DNA from: a virus
Taxonomy: Duplodnaviria; Caudoviricetes
Virus record (IMG/VR): IMGVR_UViG_3300020042_009544
Span: 1-34,151 of that record
Reading direction: 5' to 3' (one strand)
DNA: 34,151 nt
Within the stretch, counting starts at the first letter, position 1; each line of letters opens with the position of its first letter. Under the pieces are notes generated by a model, which was not told where the DNA came from, did not search any database, and saw nothing but the letters and a program-made list of their open reading frames with translations. The translations under genes were made by a program, and so were the position numbers. Positions 19,714 through 26,864 of the stretch are shown piece by piece.

Positions 19714-19953
19714 ATGGCAGAATTATTTCCAATAGACGTCTCAAATATAGGATCCTACTCAGGATCATTTTCTGGTTCATTTTTTGGGGATGGAACAGGA
19801 TTAACAGGTATAGAAGGCAAATCAACAGGCTCCTTATTAATATCAGCATCCTTTGCTGCTAATTCTTCAAACACAAATATTTCCTTCACAAAAGGTGATG
19901 GTGATAAATTTAATGTTAATTTAAGCAAATTAGTTGATGGAGGTACTTTTTAA
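19714..19953 (+). CDS. Small fibre-associated protein ending in DGGTF
   Basis: SGSFSGSFFGDGTGLTGI fibre-type motif; C-terminal LVDGGTF. Confidence 0.65.
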   Translation: MAELFPIDVSNIGSYSGSFSGSFFGDGTGLTGIEGKSTGSLLISASFAANSSNTNISFTKGDGDKFNVNLSKLVDGGTF

Positions 19954-20285
19954 TGAGTACAAGAACGCCATTTCAGTGGGGTAACGCGAATTTCTCTTGG
20001 GATGCGAATCCATTCCCGAATCAAAGCATTAATCCGTTTACTTGGGATGATTGCGCATTAATAGATGGTATAATTGGTGCTATTCAAGGTGGAGGTTATG
20101 ATGAACATGATTTTTGGCAACGTCGACCTAAAGAGGAAAAGAAGCGATTTATTAAATTACTTTGTAAAGTAGAAGGCAGAGAATACAAAGAAACTAAAGA
20201 AGTACTAGAACGTAAAATACGTATAACGGACATATCCTTAGTTGCTAAGGAAGTATTGGGAATAAACATAAAAGTAGAATTATAA
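19953..20285 (+). CDS. Hypothetical protein
   Basis: 110 aa, TAATG-coupled on both sides; N-terminal FxW repeats, basic C-terminal half. Confidence 0.7.
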   Translation: MSTRTPFQWGNANFSWDANPFPNQSINPFTWDDCALIDGIIGAIQGGGYDEHDFWQRRPKEEKKRFIKLLCKVEGREYKETKEVLERKIRITDISLVAKEVLGINIKVEL

Positions 20286-20842
20286 TGTATAAATTATTTA
20301 CAGATAAACCTGAAGTATTTGAGTGTAATATTAAACTTGAAGGTGCTTCATTAAAGAACAGCTCAGCCCGATTAATCATTGAGTCTGAAGATGTTAATTT
20401 AATGTTTGAAGGAACAATTAATAAAGACGGAAAATGCTCTATTCCTATTAAAAAATTAAAAGGATTACTAGAAGATAACACCTCAGGTCAAATAAAGCTT
20501 GAAGTCATAGCAGAGGATACATATTTTAGTCCATGGAAATCAGATTTTATAGTAGATTCATCTCGTAAAGTAACTGTAGAAGTTAAATCTAACGATGCTG
20601 AAGTAATAAAAGATACTACTCCTAAAATTCAAATTACAGGAATACAAGAAGTTGATCCTGTAACTGAACATATCATCAGAATAGTTAAAATGTTGGTTAA
20701 AGAAGACATCAATGTTAAAAACTTAACTATTAAAAAAGATAAAGTAAACAATATAATTGGTACTTACTTACAAGAAAACAAAATTGAACAAAATTATGTT
20801 CAAGAAATTATAAATGGGATAGTTGCTAAACTACCTAAATAA
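20285..20842 (+). CDS. Hypothetical protein (beta-rich N-terminal domain, helical C-terminal domain)
   Basis: 185 aa, coupled start, codon style like the neighbouring genes. Confidence 0.7.
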   Translation: MYKLFTDKPEVFECNIKLEGASLKNSSARLIIESEDVNLMFEGTINKDGKCSIPIKKLKGLLEDNTSGQIKLEVIAEDTYFSPWKSDFIVDSSRKVTVEVKSNDAEVIKDTTPKIQITGIQEVDPVTEHIIRIVKMLVKEDINVKNLTIKKDKVNNIIGTYLQENKIEQNYVQEIINGIVAKLPK

Positions 20843-20850
20843 AATAAGTT

Positions 20851-22095
20851 ATGAGCGGACCTTTAGATTTCACAGGTCAAAATATAGAAGATAGTTACCA
20901 ACGAGTTCTTCAAATTAGTGGTTCTAGTGTCTATGATGGAACAGGTTCACTGGTTATTATAGCGAGCGCTGTTACTTCATCATACCCCATAACTGTAACA
21001 GGTAGTTCGTTATACTCAACAGCTCCCGCGACAAGTAATATAAGTAATAATGGTGTTGTTGCATTTGGATCAAATGCTGGTAATAATGCTATTAATGCAG
21101 CTTCCTCTATTTTTATAGGAAACAACGCAGGACAAAATGCTAGCCTTGCTACTTACTCTAACTTTTTAGGTGCAGGTGCAGGTTTAAACGCTACTAATGC
21201 TTTTTATTCTAATTTCTTAGGTGCTACCGCTGGTAATGGTGCCTCTGGTGCTGCATACTCTAACTTTTTTGGTTTTCAAGCTGGTATGGATGCTACTGGT
21301 GCTGGTAGCTCTAACTTCTTAGGTTATAATGCTGGCAATGGTGGTTCTAATGCAGGTAGTTCTAATTTCTTAGGTAATAGTGCTGGTTATACCGCTACAA
21401 TTGCCAATAACTCTAACTTTTTAGGTGATAACGCTGGGCAAAGCGCTACAAATGCTAATAGTTCTAACTTTTTAGGTTCTCAAGCTGGTAGAGATGCTAC
21501 AAATGCTAATAGTTCTAACTTTTTAGGTTCTCAAGCTGGTAGAGATGCTACAAATGCTGCTAACTCAAATTTTATAGGCCAAAGCGCAGGTTACAGTGCT
21601 TCTAATGCTGATTTTTCAAACTTTTTAGGCAAAAGCGCAGGTTACAATGCTATTAGTGCTCAATATAGTAATTTCTTAGGTGTAGGTGCTGGGTCAAATG
21701 CTACTAACGCCTCTTATTCTAATTTTATAGGCTATGCAGCTGGAGAAAAAGCTGCTATTGCAAGTCATTCTATTTTTATAGGATACAGAGCAGGTATTAA
21801 TTATAGTGCTAAATTTGTACCTAGTTTAGGAGATGGTGTAGGTCCAAACAATATCATCATTGGTAATAACATTACCCTAGAACAAAATAGAGTAGATTCT
21901 ATTAATATCGGGGCAATAATATTTGCTACTGGATCATATGCACAAATAGATGATGAAAATTATGCATTCTCAGGCTCAGTTGGGAATGGTAAAGTAGGTA
22001 TTAATGTAGTAGATCCTCAACATGCTTTAGATGTATCTGGATCTTTAAATGTTACAGGTGAGTTTTTTGGAACAATAGATGGAGGAACTTTTTAA
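20851..22095 (+). CDS. Fibre/adhesin-like protein with ~15 17-aa SNFLGxxAG repeats, ending in DGGTF
   Basis: Repeats visible in the translation; GKVGIN...LDVSGS fibre motif; C-terminal TIDGGTF. Confidence 0.75.
   Translation: MSGPLDFTGQNIEDSYQRVLQISGSSVYDGTGSLVIIASAVTSSYPITVTGSSLYSTAPATSNISNNGVVAFGSNAGNNAINAASSIFIGNNAGQNASLATYSNFLGAGAGLNATNAFYSNFLGATAGNGASGAAYSNFFGFQAGMDATGAGSSNFLGYNAGNGGSNAGSSNFLGNSAGYTATIANNSNFLGDNAGQSATNANSSNFLGSQAGRDATNANSSNFLGSQAGRDATNAANSNFIGQSAGYSASNADFSNFLGKSAGYNAISAQYSNFLGVGAGSNATNASYSNFIGYAAGEKAAIASHSIFIGYRAGINYSAKFVPSLGDGVGPNNIIIGNNITLEQNRVDSINIGAIIFATGSYAQIDDENYAFSGSVGNGKVGINVVDPQHALDVSGSLNVTGEFFGTIDGGTF
21445..21558 (+). repeat. Exact 51-bp tandem repeat (about 2.2 copies), coding
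   Basis: GCTACAAATGCTAATAGTTCTAACTTTTTAGGTTCTCAAGCTGGTAGAGAT at 21445 and 21496, partial third copy at 21547. Confidence 0.95.
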
Positions 22096-22103
22096 TATTT
22101 ATA
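22095..22103 (+). promoter_or_regulatory. Putative late promoter motif ATATTTATA
   Basis: Abuts the TAA at 22093-22095, 7 nt before ATG 22111. Confidence 0.7.
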
Positions 22104-22110
22104 ATAAAGA

Positions 22111-23859
22111 ATGGCTACAATAATAATAAAAAATAGTACCGGGTCAGGAGTAATTCCCTCTTCATTACAGCAGGGTGAATTAGCTATTAATACTAAAGAT
22201 GGGAAACTATTTTATGGTAGTGGATCAGGCAATATTGTAAAGGAATTTACTGGTAGTGGAGGAGGTGGTGGATCAACATTCCCATTCACCGGAAGTGCTA
22301 TTATATCAGGGTCATTAAACATAATAGGTACTACTACCATCACAGGTTCATTAATAGTATCAGGTTCAAGTACTTTTACAAACATAGGACCAGCCATATT
22401 CTCTGGAAGTGTTAATAGTCAAGGTGGATTTACAGGATCACTTCAAGGTACAGCATCATATGCAACACAGGCTTTAACAGCATCCTTTGCTCTAACATCC
22501 GCAGGTGGAGGAGCAGCATTTCCATTTACCGGTTCTGCTTTAATAACAGGTAGTTTAGGAGTGACAGGATCTACCTCAATTCGAGGAACCTTTAACCAAG
22601 GATCAGCTTCATTAGCATCAGGATTATTCTCTCATGTACAAGGATTTAATACTACTGCATCTGGAATATATTCACATGCTGAAGGACAAAACACATTAGC
22701 CTCAGGACAATATTCACATGCCGAAGGTGTAGGAGATACTACTGCTTTAGACTTTTGGAATAGAGCTACAGGAACTGGTTCACACGCAGAAGGAAATATT
22801 ACTTTAGCAGAAGGAAATTATTCTCATGCCGAAGGACAAGGGTATTATCTACCTGATGGAGAAGGTGGGTATGAATATTATCCAACTTATGCTATTGGAG
22901 TTGGTTCACATGCTGAAGGATTTGGAACAAGAGCAACCGGAAATTATTCTCATGCTGAAGGATACACTAGTAATGCAAATAATAATTATTCACATGCTGA
23001 AGGAGATGATACTGTAACTAATGGAATAGGTTCACATGCTGAAGGACAAGATACAACAACAAATGGACAATATTCCCATGCTGAAGGAGTTTCAACAGTA
23101 ACTGCGGCAGCAGCAACTGGTAGTCATGCAGAAGGTTATTTTACTCAAGCGAATGGGCAAGGATCACATGCAGAAGGTTCTTCAAGTATAGCTATAGGAA
23201 TAGGTTCACATGCTGAAGGATTTAATACAGTAGCATCAGGCTCATTCCAACACGTCCAAGGACAATATAATATATCCTCATCTGCACAAAGTGCTTTTAT
23301 AATTGGAAATGGCACTAGTGATGCTGCTAGATCAAACCTAGTTTTTGCATCTGGTTCACAATTTCAAATTACAGGCTCATTAGATGTAAGTGGTAGTATA
23401 ACAGGTTCATTATTTGGTACTGCTAGTTGGGCTACAAATGCTTTAACAGCTTCTACAGCCCCAAATGCTGCTTTGATTATATTTGGTAACTATGCAGGGG
23501 CGGGTGGTGGTTTTACCAACCCCATAGTTACTCATTTACCATTTGGAACTACAACAGTATCTGCTAATGAAACACAACGTCAAATAGTAACACCACAGGC
23601 TGGTACATTAAAAAATATTTATATAAGAACTAATGGTGCCGCTGTTGCTACTAGTTTTACTACATTCACTATTAAAGTTAATGGTGTAGCTACTAATGTT
23701 AAAATAAATATTTCCGGAGGGCAAGCAGCAGGTTTATATTCTAATATAATTAACAGTGCATCTGTAGTATTAGGAGATGAAATTTCACTTCAAGTGAGTA
23801 CTAGTATAGCTAATGGACCTACAGTTAATCAATATAGTTTTGGAATATTTAACACATAA
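22111..23859 (+). CDS. Tail fibre / adhesin with SHAEG (YadA head-like) repeats
   Basis: N-terminal L.QGELAINTKDGKLFYG fibre-attachment motif; 12 SHAEG plus 2 variant repeats (22627-23262); beta-rich C-terminal domain. Confidence 0.8.
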   Translation: MATIIIKNSTGSGVIPSSLQQGELAINTKDGKLFYGSGSGNIVKEFTGSGGGGGSTFPFTGSAIISGSLNIIGTTTITGSLIVSGSSTFTNIGPAIFSGSVNSQGGFTGSLQGTASYATQALTASFALTSAGGGAAFPFTGSALITGSLGVTGSTSIRGTFNQGSASLASGLFSHVQGFNTTASGIYSHAEGQNTLASGQYSHAEGVGDTTALDFWNRATGTGSHAEGNITLAEGNYSHAEGQGYYLPDGEGGYEYYPTYAIGVGSHAEGFGTRATGNYSHAEGYTSNANNNYSHAEGDDTVTNGIGSHAEGQDTTTNGQYSHAEGVSTVTAAAATGSHAEGYFTQANGQGSHAEGSSSIAIGIGSHAEGFNTVASGSFQHVQGQYNISSSAQSAFIIGNGTSDAARSNLVFASGSQFQITGSLDVSGSITGSLFGTASWATNALTASTAPNAALIIFGNYAGAGGGFTNPIVTHLPFGTTTVSANETQRQIVTPQAGTLKNIYIRTNGAAVATSFTTFTIKVNGVATNVKINISGGQAAGLYSNIINSASVVLGDEISLQVSTSIANGPTVNQYSFGIFNT

Positions 23860-23868
23860 GTATAAAAT

Positions 23869-24129
23869 ATGATACAAAATAGATTTACACAACTAAGTAC
23901 AAATTATATCTTAGAATTACTTGATACTATGGATGCTAAAGTACGTTTTACTTTATTTAATAACCCATCTGATTTATCTCAAAAAATAGTATCTATAGAA
24001 AATAGAATTGATGAATTTGATCAAATGATTAGAGATTTTTATTTAGATGATTCTAAATTAGATTACTTTATATCATTAATGCTTCAAGATCATACAACTG
24101 CATTTTCTATTTACAATAACTTGGCTTAA
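23869..24129 (+). CDS. Hypothetical protein, possibly a fibre chaperone
   Basis: 86 aa directly after the fibre gene; function inferred from position only. Confidence 0.6.
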   Translation: MIQNRFTQLSTNYILELLDTMDAKVRFTLFNNPSDLSQKIVSIENRIDEFDQMIRDFYLDDSKLDYFISLMLQDHTTAFSIYNNLA

Positions 24130-24150
24130 AATATCTTTATTACTATATTA
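24118..24150 (+). promoter_or_regulatory. Putative early/middle promoter AAC-TTGGCT-N17-TATATT-A
   Basis: TTGGCT 24121-24126, 17-nt spacer, TATATT 24144-24149; same layout recurs at 25932-25964; sits at the start of the replication module. Confidence 0.7.
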
Positions 24151-24166
24151 TTAGAAAATAAAGGTT

Positions 24167-25437
24167 ATGTATTGGTTAGTAGAAACTAAAGATCAATTAA
24201 GAGAATTTTTTAATCAAGACTATAAAGAAGTCTTTGTTGAGATTATTCCCTATCATAATCATATTCATCCTGCTTTAAATGATGTATGTTTAGTCTATAT
24301 TAGACCAACTTATGATTCTAAAGGATATATGTTTTGTATTGACCATAGTGAGACAATGTCACTTGGAAAAACATACCTTGAAAAATTATTAAAACATATA
24401 GATACAGTTTATGTTAGGGATAAAAAATCATTTCTATACTACTTTCAATTAAATAAAGTAACAGATATTTCTTCTATTAAACATATAGAAACACCATCTG
24501 AACCTGTATTTGATATCTTTTATAGAAAACATCCTAATAAAACGGATATTAATAAAATAATTCCAATAGTTAAGCATTATGAGGTTTGTGAGAATATTTA
24601 TACTCAACTCGAAAAAACAATCCTAAACCAGAATATGTTAAATTCTATAATAAAGGTGCTTTAGCATTTTTTGGAATTGAAAAAAACGGAATTAAAATTA
24701 ATGAAGACAAGTTTTATAAATACTATGAACCAAATAATAGCTTATACTCAGTACATGATAGTAGGGTGTTTACTCAATATAACCTCAATACTACAACCAG
24801 ACGCCCATCTAATGCCTTTAATAGCATTAACTTCGCTGCTCTAAAGAAAGACAACCACTCAAGAGCAAGCTTTATACCACAAAACAATGAATTTCTTGAA
24901 ATTGATATTTCTGCATACCATCCGACTTTGGCTGGACAACTGGTTTCTCATGAATTTGACAACCCTGATATTCATGCTGATTTTGCTAGCATGTATGGCG
25001 TAGACTATGCTAAAGCAAAAGAATTAACATTTAAACAGTTATATGGAGGAGTATTTAAAGAATATAAATCACTCCCATTCTTCCAAAAAATACAAACATA
25101 TGTTCAAGAACAATGGAAATTGTTTAATGAACAAGGATTTATTAACACTCCTATATCAGGTTATATATTTAAAAAGGATTCATTAGAGAATATGAATCCA
25201 CAAAAATTATTCAATTATATCTTACAAAACCTAGAAACATCAACAAACATAGGTATATTACTTAAGATTCATAAAATATTAACAGGTAAACATACTAAAA
25301 TAGTTTTATACACATATGACTCATTTTTGCTTGATTGGGATGAAGATGAAGAGCAAGAATTAGAACAGATCAAAAATATATTTAAAGAAATGAAGTTATC
25401 AATAAAAATTAATGGGGGGGCGGATTATGACTTTTAA
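24167..25437 (+). CDS. Short divergent family-A DNA polymerase-like protein (~423 aa if joined), split by a -1 frame discontinuity in 24592-24661
   Basis: The downstream frame is open from 24592 and encodes PKPEYVKFYNKGALAFFGIEKNGIKIN before the called GTG at 24766. PolA-like motifs: TTTRRPSN, RASFIP, IDISAYHP (A), AKELTFKQLYGG (B), NYILQ, LYTYDSFLLD (C). Confidence 0.8.
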
Positions 25438-25873
25438 ATCAAACTATGATATGTATGACGCGAACAATGTTAATACTAAGGATTTGATGACTAATAAGTT
25501 ATTTTGCACATTCACAAGTGGTGAGGAATTAGATGAGTTAGTAAGTGAATTATCTACTGTCTACACTATCATGTATAACAAGATGTTTGTATTGTTTGTT
25601 AAAAGCACAAATGAATATGTTGTCACTTACAATGTTGATCAAGGTAATGTAAATACAATCCCTGAGAACACAATTCTAGTTCATCGTAAAAAAGAAACCA
25701 ATACACTTTATACTATAAACGCTCTAAATGAACTTATTAAAAAGTTAAATGATGGAGTAGTTGATATGTCTTATAGAGTAAATTGGCCCCACTATAGAAA
25801 TAGTATATTATTAACCCAACATAATGAGTTAAAACAATTGAATACAAAGGTATTCAAGATCATTGAATTATAA
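25427..25873 (+). CDS. Hypothetical protein between the PolA-like gene and SSB (start uncertain: 25412, 25427, 25451 or 25487)
   Basis: Open frame with ordered-looking core NKLFCTF...TILVHRKKETNTLYTINALNELIK; a motif variant ATATGTATG at 25449-25457 precedes ATG 25487. Confidence 0.75.
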   Translation: MTFKSNYDMYDANNVNTKDLMTNKLFCTFTSGEELDELVSELSTVYTIMYNKMFVLFVKSTNEYVVTYNVDQGNVNTIPENTILVHRKKETNTLYTINALNELIKKLNDGVVDMSYRVNWPHYRNSILLTQHNELKQLNTKVFKIIEL

Positions 25874-25931
25874 GGTACATACGTTAAAGAAAACACTACG
25901 AGAAAAGGCATTTTAAGAGCTTGTATTAGCT

Positions 25932-25964
25932 AACTTGGCCTATTAATAAAAATGTAGTATATTA
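25932..25964 (+). promoter_or_regulatory. Putative early/middle promoter AAC-TTGGCC-N17-TATATT-A
   Basis: TTGGCC 25935-25940, 17-nt spacer, TATATT 25958-25963, upstream of ATG 25994. Confidence 0.7.
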
Positions 25965-25993
25965 AAATAGTAACAATTTAAAACCAAATAAAA

Positions 25994-26848
25994 ATGGACA
26001 TCAATGCGATTAAACAGAGACTAAGCTCTCTACAGTCATCAGGCGCCAAGAAAGAAAAGGTTGACTATTCCAAGTATTATTGGAAGCCTAAAGCCGAAGG
26101 GAAGTATCAAATCCGAGTAGTACCTTCAGTGTTAAACAAGAGTAACCCATTCCAAGAAGTGTTTGTACACTACGGGTTCTCAAAATTCCCAATCTATGCT
26201 TTAACAAACTGGGGTGAAAAAGATCCAATTGTTGAGTTTGCAAAATCACTTCGTACTACACAAGAAAAAGAAAACTGGCAGTTGGCTAAGAAATTAGATC
26301 CAAAAATGAGAGTTTTTGCTCCTGTAGTTGTTCGTGGAGAAGAAGAAAAAGGTGTTCGCCTTTGGGAGTTTGGAAAAGAAATATATATGCAATTATTAGG
26401 TATTGCTGAGGATGAAGATTATGGAGATTTTACTGACATTAATGAAGGCCGTGACTTTACAGTTGATGTAGTAACAGGTGATATTGGTGGTCGTCAAGGG
26501 TTGAAATCATCAATTCGTGTTAAGCCTAAAACATCACCACTAGGTTCTGATAAAGAAACTATTAAAATGTGGTTAACTGAACAACCAAGTGTTCTTGAAT
26601 TACAACGTAAAACTGCATTTGATGATCTTAAAACTATTTTAGCTAACTTCTTAAACCCAGAAGAGGAAGAGACAGTAGCGGTTGAAGTAGACGAAGATGT
26701 AGATCCGATTATTGCTAAAGCACAAGAAGAGCCTAAAACTAACTATAGTTTGAAAGCAGCACCAGTAGCTAAAGTATCTAAAGCAGATAAGTTTGACTCT
26801 TTGTTTGATGATGAAGAAGAAAGCGAAGGCGAAGGTTCACCATTCTAA
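25994..26848 (+). CDS. Single-stranded DNA-binding protein (T4 gp32-like)
   Basis: YWKP...IRVVP, DPIVE, LWEFGKEIY, YGDFTD..EGRDF motifs and a long acidic C-terminal tail. Confidence 0.85.
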   Translation: MDINAIKQRLSSLQSSGAKKEKVDYSKYYWKPKAEGKYQIRVVPSVLNKSNPFQEVFVHYGFSKFPIYALTNWGEKDPIVEFAKSLRTTQEKENWQLAKKLDPKMRVFAPVVVRGEEEKGVRLWEFGKEIYMQLLGIAEDEDYGDFTDINEGRDFTVDVVTGDIGGRQGLKSSIRVKPKTSPLGSDKETIKMWLTEQPSVLELQRKTAFDDLKTILANFLNPEEEETVAVEVDEDVDPIIAKAQEEPKTNYSLKAAPVAKVSKADKFDSLFDDEEESEGEGSPF

Positions 26849-26864
26849 ATAAATAAAAACTTAT

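Noticed and set aside
21445-21558. Direct repeats as a possible CRISPR array
   Set aside because: The repeats are contiguous with no spacers, are a multiple of 3 and lie in frame within a coding repeat.
22826-23017. Alternative-frame + strand ORF with repeated HMLK
   Set aside because: An off-frame echo of the SHAEG repeat codons.
15274-23623. Intragenic TATTTATA copies (15274, 19325, 23616)
   Set aside because: Several chance copies of an all-AT 8-mer are expected in sequence this AT-rich; not called, although 15274 could serve the hub gene.
22111-23859. Diversity-generating retroelement target, suggested by the Mtd-like fibre N-terminus
   Set aside because: No reverse transcriptase and no template/variable repeat pair differing at adenines was seen in the window.
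24662-24664. TAG stop reassignment as an explanation of the split polymerase
   Set aside because: Reading through TAG stays in the wrong frame, and the other genes are intact under the standard code.
25414-25420. G7 homopolymer as a phase-variation tract
   Set aside because: Short, and within the last codons of the polymerase-like gene, so slippage would change little; no evidence of variation.
25874-25931. Longest intergenic gap as a possible ncRNA, tRNA or origin
   Set aside because: No cloverleaf, strong hairpin or iterons visible; the downstream part of the gap is explained by the promoter.
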